Assembly: GCA_030123765.1 (NCBI GenBank)
Contig: JASJXX010000001.1
Span: forward strand, 21,210 to 85,209
Direction of reading: 5' to 3'
DNA: 64,000 nucleotides
Source of the DNA: Actinomycetota bacterium
GTDB taxonomy: Bacteria; Actinomycetota; Acidimicrobiia; Spongiisociales; UBA5794
A model generated the notes under the pieces. The model did not search any database. It was not told the origin of the DNA and saw nothing but the letters and a program-made list of their open reading frames with translations. Made by a program: the position numbers and the translations under genes. Position 1 is the stretch's first letter; every line of letters starts with the position of its first letter. Shown here one piece after another: positions 28,844-38,146 of this stretch.

Positions 28844-29872
28844 CTACTCCACGAGTAGTTCGGCGAGTTGTACGGCGTTGAGTGCCGCGCCTTTCCTCAG
28901 GTTATCCCCCACTACAAAGAGGCTGATACCTCCCCGATGTCCCACAGTCTCACGGAGGCGTCCGATCAAGACGTCGTCGATGCCTGCCGAGTCGATCGGG
29001 GTTGGCACCTTCGTATCGTCCCACAGTTGGGTACCCGGCGCCGAGCCGAGCACAGCGACCGCTTCATCAAGGTCTACCGGACGATCGAACCACATGGATG
29101 CGGCGATGCCATGGCCGACCATCACGGGCACGCGCACGCAGGTCGGCTCGACCGCAATGTCGTCACGACCAAGGATCTTGCGGGTCTCGTTGACGAGCTT
29201 CAACTCCTCATCGGTGTAACCCGTTGCGGTGAGGGAACCTGCCAGCGGCACGACGTTGTACGCGATGGGTCGGGCGTAGAGATCACCTTCCGGCTCCTCC
29301 CATCGCCCGCAGATGAGGCCCTCTATATTCCCGGCGAAGTGGTCGAACTCGCTCGCGAGTTGTGCCATCCCGGTCTGGCCTGACCCCGAGACGCTCTGAT
29401 AGGTCGTTGCGATCAACGTCCGCATGCCGGCAACCTTATGGAGGGGTGCCACAGCCATCATGGCGACCATGGTCGTGCAGTTGGGGTTTGCAACGATTCC
29501 TGCGTGATCGAAGATCGCGTCGTCGTTGACCTGGGCGACCACGAGCGGAACGGAATCCTCCATTCGGAACGCAGACGAGTTGTCGATCACCGTTGCCCCG
29601 CACGACACGAAACGCGGAGCATGAGCAAGGGAGCGGGCGCCGCCGGCAGAGAAGAGCACGATGTCAACATCCCTGGCATCTGCGCTCGCCAGGTCCTCTA
29701 CCTCGACACTCCCCCACTTCGTGTCGATGACCCTGCCAGCAGATCGTGCGGAGGAGATGAGGCGGAGGTCGGTGAGGGGGAACCCTCGATCCTCTAAGAT
29801 TGCAAGCATCGTGGTGCCGACCGCGCCTGTCGCCCCGACGATCGCAACCCGGGGCTCGCGATAGGTCTTCAC
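28844..29872 (-). CDS. asd: Aspartate-semialdehyde dehydrogenase
   Basis: [11 protein letters not shown]...NPNCTT...SGSG; 342 aa. Confidence 0.9.
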   Translation of the reverse strand: MKTYREPRVAIVGATGAVGTTMLAILEDRGFPLTDLRLISSARSAGRVIDTKWGSVEVEDLASADARDVDIVLFSAGGARSLAHAPRFVSCGATVIDNSSAFRMEDSVPLVVAQVNDDAIFDHAGIVANPNCTTMVAMMAVAPLHKVAGMRTLIATTYQSVSGSGQTGMAQLASEFDHFAGNIEGLICGRWEEPEGDLYARPIAYNVVPLAGSLTATGYTDEELKLVNETRKILGRDDIAVEPTCVRVPVMVGHGIAASMWFDRPVDLDEAVAVLGSAPGTQLWDDTKVPTPIDSAGIDDVLIGRLRETVGHRGGISLFVVGDNLRKGAALNAVQLAELLVE

Positions 29873-31092
29873 CCGGTCGACTCCCCTCCGAGACCAAGGC
29901 CTTCATGAAGGGCGGAGACAGCCTCCACGATCTTGTCCCCAGAGATGACACATGAGATGCGGATCGGTGAAGTCGAGATCATCTGGATGTTGATTCCGTG
30001 ATCGGACAAGATTCTGAACATCCGCGACGCAGTGCCCGACTCGGTCTTCATACCGAGTCCGACGACCGACACCTTCGCTATCTCACGGTCGACGCTCACA
30101 CCACCCGCGTCAACCGCCTCAGCAACCACCTCAGCCTGAGCCTGGGCTACATCGATCATCGCAAGAGGGACGGTGAAGCTGATATCGGTGAATCCGTCCT
30201 GCGAGACATTCTGAACGATCATGTCGACGGTTATACCGGCATCGGCGAGGGGCTCGAAGAGCGACGCGGCGACTCCCGGCGTGTCGGGAACCCGATAGAC
30301 GGTGAGCTTCGCCTCGGAGTCGTCATGAGCGATTCCGCGCACTACTGGCTGTTCCATCGTTTCCTCCTTGACCCATGTTCCGTCTCCGTCATGGAATGAC
30401 GAACGAACATGAATCGGGATATTGAATCTCCGTCCGAACTCCACCGACCTCGGCATGAGAACCCCCGCACCGGCAGACGCGAGTTCAAGCATCTCTTCGA
30501 AAGAGACCTCGTCGAGCTTCGTCGCACTCGGAACGACCCTCGGATCGGCGGTGTATACGCCGTCAACGTCGGTGTAGATCTCGCAGTGATCAGCCGAGAG
30601 CGCTGAGGCGAGCGCGACTGCCGTTGCGTCCGACCCACCGCGCCCGAGAGTCGTGACATCCTTAGATCCCGGGTCCACTCCCTGGAATCCGGCGACGATC
30701 ACGACCTCTCCCCTGTCGAGACCGTCGCGGACACGATCTGCTCGAATCTCGACAATCTCGGCCTGGCCGTGCCTCCCCGTTGTCAGGATGCCGGCCTGTG
30801 ACCCGGTGAGGCTCGTAGCAGGAACGCCGAAATCTGCGATAGCCATCGCGACGAGAGCCATGGTGACCCGCTCCCCCGCCGTGAGCAGCATGTCGAGCTC
30901 CCTTGGATGGGGATTCTCCGACACCTCCGCTGCGAGCTCAAGAAGCTCATCCGTGCTCCTGCCCATGGCGCTCACAACAGCAACGACTCCACTGCCGTTT
31001 TTGTAGGTATCAACGACACGCCGGGCAACATCGCGGATTCTGTCGGCGTCTGCCACCGACGTGCCACCGTACTTCTGAACCACCAGTGCCAT
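29869..31092 (-). CDS. lysC: Aspartate kinase
   Basis: [13 protein letters not shown]... with paired C-terminal ACT domains. Overlaps asd by 4 nt (the ask-asd operon). Confidence 0.9.
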   Translation of the reverse strand: MALVVQKYGGTSVADADRIRDVARRVVDTYKNGSGVVAVVSAMGRSTDELLELAAEVSENPHPRELDMLLTAGERVTMALVAMAIADFGVPATSLTGSQAGILTTGRHGQAEIVEIRADRVRDGLDRGEVVIVAGFQGVDPGSKDVTTLGRGGSDATAVALASALSADHCEIYTDVDGVYTADPRVVPSATKLDEVSFEEMLELASAGAGVLMPRSVEFGRRFNIPIHVRSSFHDGDGTWVKEETMEQPVVRGIAHDDSEAKLTVYRVPDTPGVAASLFEPLADAGITVDMIVQNVSQDGFTDISFTVPLAMIDVAQAQAEVVAEAVDAGGVSVDREIAKVSVVGLGMKTESGTASRMFRILSDHGINIQMISTSPIRISCVISGDKIVEAVSALHEGLGLGGESTG

Positions 31093-31139
31093 GGCGCGGC
31101 ATTGTAGGTGTAGCCGTAGACATCCCATACCATCCCGCG

Positions 31140-31871
31140 ATGCAGACGACCCGCATCCTTGCCGCAACACTCGCCGGAGCCCTCACTCTCGCCGCGTGTG
31201 GCGGAGCCGGGAGTGGCCCGACCACGACCGACACCGCGCGCTCCCCGGGAACAACTGTGTCTCTTGAGACCGTGCCCTCGGACTACGTCGGTTATCTGCA
31301 TCAGCCCACTGCCTGTGGCGCCACCCAACCCGAACCGGCCGTCGAGATGAAATTCGACGCACCGGGCGATGCTGGCATCACGGGGCCCACAGTTGTCACC
31401 CTGCACACCTCCTGTGGCACCATCGAGATCCAGCTCGATCCCGCCGCGGCTCCCGAGACCGTCAACTCGTTCGTGTTCCTCGCCGAGGCCGGGTTCTTCG
31501 ACGGTACGGTCGCGCACAGAGTGGTCCCAGGGTTCATGGTGCAGGTAGGGGATCCAACCGCAACCGGGATGGGGGGACCCGGATACAGCATCCCGGACGA
31601 ATTCCCGGCCCCGGGCACGTCCTACGTCCGTGGCGTCGTGGCCATGGCGAACGCAGGGGCCGGAACCACGGGGAGCCAGTTCTTCATCATGCTCGCCGAC
31701 GCAGATTGGCTCCCTCCCCAGTACACGATCTTCGGATACGTGACCTCAGGCATCGAGACACTCGACCTCATCGCCGCAGTGCCACTCGGCAGAAACCCGA
31801 ACAGTCCTGACCCGAACGCATCGACACCGCTCGAATCGATCTACATCGAGTCCGTGACCGTTGAGCGGTAG
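31140..31871 (+). CDS. Cyclophilin-type peptidyl-prolyl isomerase, lipoprotein
   Basis: Lipobox [14 protein letters not shown]...GDP...GGPGY...FFI cyclophilin motifs. Confidence 0.8.
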   Translation: MQTTRILAATLAGALTLAACGGAGSGPTTTDTARSPGTTVSLETVPSDYVGYLHQPTACGATQPEPAVEMKFDAPGDAGITGPTVVTLHTSCGTIEIQLDPAAAPETVNSFVFLAEAGFFDGTVAHRVVPGFMVQVGDPTATGMGGPGYSIPDEFPAPGTSYVRGVVAMANAGAGTTGSQFFIMLADADWLPPQYTIFGYVTSGIETLDLIAAVPLGRNPNSPDPNASTPLESIYIESVTVER

Positions 31872-31880
31872 ACTGAAGTC

Positions 31881-32048
31881 ATGAGCCGTGAGAAACGAGC
31901 ACGCCAGCGGGCGAACCGCGAACTGAAGGTCGCTGCAGAGCAGAAACGCGATCTGCGTAAGCGACGCTTCTCCATTGTGAAGAGATACACCGTGTACGCG
32001 TTCATCTTCGGAGCCGCGATCGTTGGACTCAAGCTGATCAGCGGCTAG
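31881..32048 (+). CDS. Possible small membrane protein (55 aa), not in the ORF track
   Basis: MSREKRARQRANRELKVAAEQKRDLRKRRFSIVKRYTVYAFIFGAAIVGLKLISG: a basic N-terminus followed by one TM helix. It exactly fills the gap between the PPIase and PHP genes. Confidence 0.3.
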   Translation: MSREKRARQRANRELKVAAEQKRDLRKRRFSIVKRYTVYAFIFGAAIVGLKLISG

Positions 32049-32051
32049 CCG

Positions 32052-32915
32052 GTGCGAGTAGACCTCCACCTCCATTCAACGTCATCCGATGGTGCGGACA
32101 CACCCGACAGGGTGATGCAGCTCGCTGCAGAAGCAGATCTCTCCCACGTCGCCCTGACCGACCATGACACGCTCGACGGAATCGAACAAGCCCGCAACGA
32201 AGCTGACAGGCTCGGTCTCGGGTTCATCTCGGGCGTCGAGCTCTCCGTGGATCACGACGGCATCAACATGCACATGCTCGTCTACTTTCTCGAACCGGGC
32301 GATGGCCCACTGCAATCGCGTCTCGAGTCCCTCCGTGAAGGCCGCAACGATCGCAACATCCGGATCGTAGAGAAGCTCAATGGCCTCGGGTACGGGATAA
32401 CGATCGACGATGTGCACCGCCATGCGGCCGGGCCGTCGGTAGGCAGGCCCCACATCGCCGACGCGCTGATCGAGCGGGGGTACATCGCGTCGAGGGACGA
32501 AGCCTTCGACGATCTTCTCCGCAGCGGAGGAGCCGCCTATGTGGAACGGGTCCGGCTCAGCGCAACCGACACGATCCGCCTGGCCCGTGCATCTCACGCA
32601 GTCCCCGTGATCGCACATCCCGTCACGATGGGCCTCACGCGACAGGGCTACAGCGACACCTTCAGATCGCTCACGAACCTCGGTCTTGGCGGGATCGAAG
32701 CCCACCACCCGATGCACGACCTCGAGCTGAGGGAACACCTCTCAGGCCTCGCGAGCGCGCTCGGCATCGCTGCGACCGGCGGGTCCGACTATCACGGCGT
32801 CGCGAAACGCATCTACCGCGTTGGCACAGGCACAGGTGATCTCGCGGTACCGGCATCCGCAGTTGAACAGCTATACGAACAACAACGTCGGGCAACGGAT
32901 ACGCTCTCGCTCTAG
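32052..32915 (+). CDS. PHP-domain metal-dependent phosphoesterase (TrpH/YciV-like)
   Basis: VDLHLHSTSSDG...ALTDHDT... Confidence 0.8.
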   Translation: MRVDLHLHSTSSDGADTPDRVMQLAAEADLSHVALTDHDTLDGIEQARNEADRLGLGFISGVELSVDHDGINMHMLVYFLEPGDGPLQSRLESLREGRNDRNIRIVEKLNGLGYGITIDDVHRHAAGPSVGRPHIADALIERGYIASRDEAFDDLLRSGGAAYVERVRLSATDTIRLARASHAVPVIAHPVTMGLTRQGYSDTFRSLTNLGLGGIEAHHPMHDLELREHLSGLASALGIAATGGSDYHGVAKRIYRVGTGTGDLAVPASAVEQLYEQQRRATDTLSL

Positions 32916-32957
32916 TCACACAGCGCATCGCGTCGAGTCGCGTACCGAGGAGTACCC

Positions 32958-34253
32958 ATGTTCGCAGTGCCCACGAGAGCGCCGATCCCGTATGACGACA
33001 TTCGCTGGCCCTACAACACGATCAGGGCAGCCGGAGCGTTGCTCTTCATCGTGGGCGTTCTCTCGTGGTCGCTCTCTGCTGACGGCGAGAGGATCACACT
33101 CATCGCGATCCTCCCCGCTGGAATGGTGTTCCTTGACGCCCTCCGTCGGCGCAGTCGTGGATCAAACGCGCTTGCCACCGAGATCATCGGGGTGACAGCG
33201 ATCGGCCTTGCGCTCGTTCTGCGGGGTCCGTCCGACGGAATCCATGGGCTCGCGATCATCTGGGTGCTTGTCTCCACAAGCCTGATACTGCCCCTCCGAC
33301 AGGCTGCGGCGCTCGTGATGTACATGATCGCGTGGTCCGTCACGACGAGTGTTCTCTATGTGTCCACCGATCTGACGTTCGTCGGCATCATCGAAGGCTC
33401 TCGTGCCGAAGCCGGCATCGATCGTATAACAGCCATCGCGTTCGTCGTGACGACGACGGTCGTCATGCTCGGCGCCGCACGGGCTGTGCTGCGATCACAG
33501 GACAAGCACGCAGAGGCACTCGCTCAGGAACGCCGCGCGGTTGAGCTCAAGAACGAGTTCGTCTCGATGGTGAGCCACGAACTGCGCACGCCGCTCACCG
33601 GCCTTGCCGGCTTCACCGAGACACTCGCCGACTCATGGTCTGTGCTCCCACCGGAGGAAGTCGACGAATTCCTCAGGATCATGCTTCGCGAGAATGAGCA
33701 TCTCTCGAGTCTCGTCGAAGACATTCTGGTGATACCTCGACTCGAGGCGGGACAGATTCGAATGCATACTGAGGACTTCGACCTCGCCACAGACGTCCAT
33801 ACCGTCGCCTCGTTGATCTTCGGAACAGGCGCGTACTCGGTTGCGATCCCCGCCAACATCGTCGTGAGGGCCGACCGAACCCGGCTCAGGCAGATCCTGC
33901 GCAACCTGCTTGAGAACGCCAAGAAATACGGCGGCGACGAGGTGCTCATCGAGGGGGAGTTGTCTGGGTCATCCCTGTACACGGTCGTCGTGTCGGACAA
34001 CGGATCTGGCATCATGGAGGAGGACCAGGAACGAATCTTCCAGCAGTTCGAGCAGCTCTCCTCAGGCAGCGCTCGCCTTCAGCAGGGCGTCGGCCTCGGC
34101 TTGCCGATCGCGCGGAAGCTCGCAAAAGCGATGGGGGGAGACCTCTGGTACGAGGACCGATTCCCCGTCGGATCCCGGTTCTGCTTCTCGGTCACCGTCG
34201 TCGACGACGAGGACACACCAGAGGCAGAGATTGCGGAACACACGCACACGTAG
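32958..34253 (+). CDS. Membrane sensor histidine kinase (orphan)
   Basis: N-terminal TM helices, H-box SHELRTPL and an HATPase_c domain (GLGLPIARKLA). Confidence 0.8.
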   Translation: MFAVPTRAPIPYDDIRWPYNTIRAAGALLFIVGVLSWSLSADGERITLIAILPAGMVFLDALRRRSRGSNALATEIIGVTAIGLALVLRGPSDGIHGLAIIWVLVSTSLILPLRQAAALVMYMIAWSVTTSVLYVSTDLTFVGIIEGSRAEAGIDRITAIAFVVTTTVVMLGAARAVLRSQDKHAEALAQERRAVELKNEFVSMVSHELRTPLTGLAGFTETLADSWSVLPPEEVDEFLRIMLRENEHLSSLVEDILVIPRLEAGQIRMHTEDFDLATDVHTVASLIFGTGAYSVAIPANIVVRADRTRLRQILRNLLENAKKYGGDEVLIEGELSGSSLYTVVVSDNGSGIMEEDQERIFQQFEQLSSGSARLQQGVGLGLPIARKLAKAMGGDLWYEDRFPVGSRFCFSVTVVDDEDTPEAEIAEHTHT

Positions 34254-34271
34254 CGGGTAATCTGTCAAGCT

Positions 34272-34682
34272 GTGCTGACCTACAACATCCATCATGTCGC
34301 AATTGCGGTCGAGAACCTCGACGATGCCATCGCCGGGTTCAAATCTCGATACAACGTCACTCCGATCTCGCGTGAGACGGTTCACGACCAGGGTGTCACG
34401 GAAGCGATGATCCCCATCGGCGGTTCGTACGTCCAACTGCTCGAGCCGCTCTCCCAAGAGTCACCCGTGGGCCGCTTTCTGAGTCAGAACGGCGAAGGGA
34501 TGCACCACATCGCGTTCGCCGTCCACGACATCGAGAGCGCCCTGGCGCATCTCAAGGAGACCGGAGCGAGACTCATCGACGAGACGCCGCGCGTCGGCGG
34601 CGGCGGTCACCGGATCGCTTTCGTCCATCCGAATGATCTCGCAGGCACGCTCATGGAACTCGTCGAGGTCGAACATGACTGA
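34272..34682 (+). CDS. mce: Methylmalonyl-CoA epimerase (VOC/glyoxalase fold)
   Basis: HHVAIAV...GMHHIAFAV; 136 aa. Confidence 0.75.
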   Translation: MLTYNIHHVAIAVENLDDAIAGFKSRYNVTPISRETVHDQGVTEAMIPIGGSYVQLLEPLSQESPVGRFLSQNGEGMHHIAFAVHDIESALAHLKETGARLIDETPRVGGGGHRIAFVHPNDLAGTLMELVEVEHD

Positions 34683-34896
34683 ATACATAGCAATCACCGG
34701 GGGTGCGGGCCCGCAAGAGACAGCCGCCATCACCGCGGTCGTCGCGATGATCGAGGCTGGAGAGCGCGCGGCTCAGGCCGTGCGTCCCAAGCCGATCCAC
34801 CAGAGCCAGTGGGTCGATGCGGGCCGCTCTGCCATCCACCGGGCGCCTCTCCGCGCGTCTGACAAGGACAGAGGCTCTCTGCTACCACCCCCCTGA
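34675..34896 (+). CDS. Possible acyl-CoA carboxylase epsilon subunit (73 aa)
   Basis: MTEYIAITGGAGPQETAAITAVVAMIEAG resembles the AccE/PccE motif. Overlaps the mce 3' end by 8 nt. Confidence 0.4.
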   Translation: MTEYIAITGGAGPQETAAITAVVAMIEAGERAAQAVRPKPIHQSQWVDAGRSAIHRAPLRASDKDRGSLLPPP

Positions 34897-34982
34897 ACCG
34901 CGAGGCAGCACGATCTCCGGCTGGCGGATCGCGCTAAGCGGATGACGATTAACATCGGGCTGTCGCCAACAGATGAGGACCC

Positions 34983-36161
34983 ATGGACCCTGTGATCTGT
35001 TCCATCGCACGAACTCCTATCGGTCGCTTCAGCGACGTGTTCGCCCCTCTGAGCGCAACGGACCTCGGCGGGGTCGCCATTGCGAGTGCACTCGAGCGAT
35101 CAGGTCTCGCCCCCGACGGGGTCGACGAGGTTCTCTTCGGCCATGTCATCCAGGCGGGCCAGGGTCAGATAACCGCCCGCCAGGCTGCGGTGAAGGCAGG
35201 CATCCCGATGTCGGTGCCAGCGACGACGATCAACAAGGTCTGCCTCTCTGGCCTCACCGCGATCCAGGAGGCGGCCAACCACGTTCGGCTCGGTGAGTCC
35301 AAATTCGTTGTTGCCGGCGGGATGGAGTCGATGACGAACGCTCCCTATCTGCTCCCGGAGGCGCGTGCGGGCTACCGCTTCTCGGACGCGACTGTGGTAG
35401 ATGCGCTGACACACGACGGCCTGTTCTGCGCGTTCGACTCATGCATGATGGGCGCATCCTCCGATCGCAGAAACAGCGAACTCGATATCGATCGAGCGAC
35501 ACAGGACGCCTGGTCGGCAACATCGCACGCTCGCGCCCACGCCGCGACTGAGTCAGGCGCCTTCGCGGACGAGATCACGCCGGTGGAGGTGCGCCAGCGA
35601 CGAGGCGACCCCATCGTCGTCACCACCGATGGAGGGATCAGGCCCGACACGACACGTGAGACCCTCGGCAGACTTCGGCCCGTTTTCGATCCGGACGGAA
35701 CGATCACCGCGGGGAACGCGAGCCAGATCTCGGACGGAGCTGCGGCACTCGTCGTCGCGGATAGGCTCGCCGCGGAAGCCGCAGGCTTGTCGATCATCGC
35801 TGAGATCGTTTCGTACGGTCAGGTTGCTGGCCCGGACGCCACGCTCCACGAGCGACCTGCCGAAGCCCTCAGGCTTGCCCTCAAGCGGGCCTCGCTCGAT
35901 GTGCACGATCTCGATCTGCTTGAGATAAACGAAGCCTTCGCCTCCGTGGCGATCTGGTCGACGCAGATGCTCGGGATCGATCACGACAAGGTCAATGTCC
36001 ATGGAGGTGCAGTCGCCCTCGGTCATCCACTCGGCGCTACGGGAGCACGCATCGTCGTGACACTCATCAGCGCACTCCGACGCACGGGCGGGCGCCTCGG
36101 GGGTGCAGCGCTGTGTGGCGGCGGCGGCCAAGGCGATGCTCTGATTGTGAGGATGGTGTGA
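34983..36161 (+). CDS. Acetyl-CoA C-acetyltransferase (thiolase II)
   Basis: Thiolase signatures (NKVCLSGL..., C-terminal GGGQG); 392 aa. Confidence 0.9.
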   Translation: MDPVICSIARTPIGRFSDVFAPLSATDLGGVAIASALERSGLAPDGVDEVLFGHVIQAGQGQITARQAAVKAGIPMSVPATTINKVCLSGLTAIQEAANHVRLGESKFVVAGGMESMTNAPYLLPEARAGYRFSDATVVDALTHDGLFCAFDSCMMGASSDRRNSELDIDRATQDAWSATSHARAHAATESGAFADEITPVEVRQRRGDPIVVTTDGGIRPDTTRETLGRLRPVFDPDGTITAGNASQISDGAAALVVADRLAAEAAGLSIIAEIVSYGQVAGPDATLHERPAEALRLALKRASLDVHDLDLLEINEAFASVAIWSTQMLGIDHDKVNVHGGAVALGHPLGATGARIVVTLISALRRTGGRLGGAALCGGGGQGDALIVRMV

Positions 36162-36162
36162 C

Positions 36163-37149
36163 ATGCCAGTAGCCAGCTACCTACCTGAACGGAACCTCGC
36201 CCTCGAACTGGTGCGTGTCACCGAGGCTGCGGCGATCTCCGCAGCTCGCGAGCAGGGGCGGGGCGACAAGGAAGCCGTCGACCAGGCCGCCGTCGATGCG
36301 ATGCGCCAGGTGCTCGCGCGCACAGATCTCGATGGTGTCGTCGTCATCGGAGAAGGGGAGAAGGACGACGCCCCGATGCTCTACAACGGCGAGATCGTCG
36401 GGAACGGCCGGCCTCCCCTCGTCGATGTCGCGGTCGACCCCGTCGACGGCACGCGCCTGACGGCCGAGGGTCGCGGGAGCGCTCTGGCTGTGATCGCGCT
36501 CGCCGAGCGGGGATCGATGTACTCCCCCGGAAGCCTCGTCTACATGGACAAACTTGCAGTTGGTGAGGATGCAGCGGGCACCGTAGACATTGAGGCACCC
36601 GTCAGCTTCAACCTCCACCAGGTCGCGAAGGCGAACGGCAAGGAAGTCAGCGAAGTCACGGCCGTGATCCTCGACCGCCCCCGAAACGCGGCCTACATCC
36701 AAGCGGTTCGCAAAGCAGGGGCACGGATCTCGCTCATCGGCGACGGTGACATCCAGGGAGCCATCACCACGGCCATCCACGGAAACGGCATCGACATCAT
36801 GTTCGGTATCGGTGGGTCACCTGAGGCGGTGACGGCTGCCTGTGCGATGGCTGCGCTGCGGGGTGAGATCCAGTGCAAGCTCTGGCCCCGCGACGACACA
36901 GAGCGCGAGTACGCCAGACAGAACGACCTTGACCTCAACCAGGTGCTCACGACCAGGGACCTCGTGAACTCCGACAACACGTTCTTCGCTGCCACCGGTG
37001 TCACGACCGGAGCTCTGCTGAGAGGTGTCCGCTTCGGGGGTATCCATACGTCAACGCACTCGGTGATCATGCGATCCCAGTCCGGCACCATTCGATTCGT
37101 TGAAGCCGACCATCGTGTCGAGTGGGTCAAGGGTGAGATCAACGCGTGA
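36163..37149 (+). CDS. glpX: Class II fructose-1,6-bisphosphatase
   Basis: Strong GlpX-like sequence over the full 328-aa length. Confidence 0.9.
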   Translation: MPVASYLPERNLALELVRVTEAAAISAAREQGRGDKEAVDQAAVDAMRQVLARTDLDGVVVIGEGEKDDAPMLYNGEIVGNGRPPLVDVAVDPVDGTRLTAEGRGSALAVIALAERGSMYSPGSLVYMDKLAVGEDAAGTVDIEAPVSFNLHQVAKANGKEVSEVTAVILDRPRNAAYIQAVRKAGARISLIGDGDIQGAITTAIHGNGIDIMFGIGGSPEAVTAACAMAALRGEIQCKLWPRDDTEREYARQNDLDLNQVLTTRDLVNSDNTFFAATGVTTGALLRGVRFGGIHTSTHSVIMRSQSGTIRFVEADHRVEWVKGEINA

Positions 37150-37158
37150 CGGAACGCG

Positions 37159-37752
37159 TCAGAGTTCCTGGCGACCTACCAGGGCCCTCCCCAGGGTCAC
37201 CTCATCTGCGTAATCGAGGTCACCGCCCACGGGCAGGCCGCTCGCGAGTCTGGACACCTTCACGCCGTGCGGCTTGAGAAGCTGCGCCAGATACATGGCA
37301 GTCGTGTCACCCTCAACCGTCGGATTCGTTGCGGCGATGACCTCAACAATGCCCTCATCTCGTATCCGGATCTCAAGCTCGCGCATCCTGAGCTGGTCGG
37401 GGCCGATGCCGGCGATCGGTGACATCGCACCGCCAAGAACGTGATACCGGCCCTTGAACAACTGTGTACGCTCGATGACAGGAATGTCCTGGGCCCGCTC
37501 GACGACGCAGATCATGGAGGGATCCCTCCGGACATCCCGGCAGATCGAACACTCTGCCTCTGCTGTCACGTTGAAGCATCTGTCACACAACCGGATCGTG
37601 GAGCGCATCTCGGTGATCGCGTCCGCCAGCCGAATCGCGTCCACTTCGTCTGCATTGAGGAGGTGAAACGCGAGTCGCTGCGCGCTCTTCTGTCCCACAC
37701 CGGGAAGCCGGGAGAATTCGTCGATCAGTCTCTGGACCGGTGGCTCGAACAT
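37159..37752 (-). CDS. recR: Recombination protein RecR
   Basis: [17 protein letters not shown], a C4 zinc finger and a Toprim domain. Confidence 0.9.
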   Translation of the reverse strand: MFEPPVQRLIDEFSRLPGVGQKSAQRLAFHLLNADEVDAIRLADAITEMRSTIRLCDRCFNVTAEAECSICRDVRRDPSMICVVERAQDIPVIERTQLFKGRYHVLGGAMSPIAGIGPDQLRMRELEIRIRDEGIVEVIAATNPTVEGDTTAMYLAQLLKPHGVKVSRLASGLPVGGDLDYADEVTLGRALVGRQEL

Positions 37753-38102
37753 CAGCCGAGCATACCGCCGAGATCCACGCCGCCGGCAAGGTTCCCCAAG
37801 GAGCTCTCCGCATCTGCGCGCATCGCAGCCAGCGCCTGATTTACGGCGGCGACCACGAGGTCACCTGCGATCTCCGGATCATCCGGATCCAGGACCGAAG
37901 CGTCAAACTCGACAGAGACGAGTTCACCGCTGCCACGAACAACAGCCTTGACGACGCCGCCACCTGCCGTTCCCTCAAACGTCTTGCCGGCGAGAGCTTC
38001 CTGGGCAGTCATCATCTGCTGCTGCATGGCACGGGCCTGTTCCATGAGCTGGTGCATATCTTCGGGCATTTTGGGCATATCGGAAGAGTACAGGGCTGAC
38101 AC
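37752..38102 (-). CDS. ybaB: Nucleoid-associated protein YbaB/EbfC
   Basis: [12 protein letters not shown]...[25 protein letters not shown]. Its stop overlaps the recR start. Confidence 0.85.
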   Translation of the reverse strand: MSALYSSDMPKMPEDMHQLMEQARAMQQQMMTAQEALAGKTFEGTAGGGVVKAVVRGSGELVSVEFDASVLDPDDPEIAGDLVVAAVNQALAAMRADAESSLGNLAGGVDLGGMLG

Positions 38103-38146
38103 CCCGGACAGCGCCCAATGTCGTATGTCCTATCTCGCGATTACTG

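Noticed and set aside
31093-31139. Lysine riboswitch upstream of lysC (ask)
   Set aside because: The leader is only about 47 nt and is shared with the divergent PPIase gene. That is too short for an L-box.
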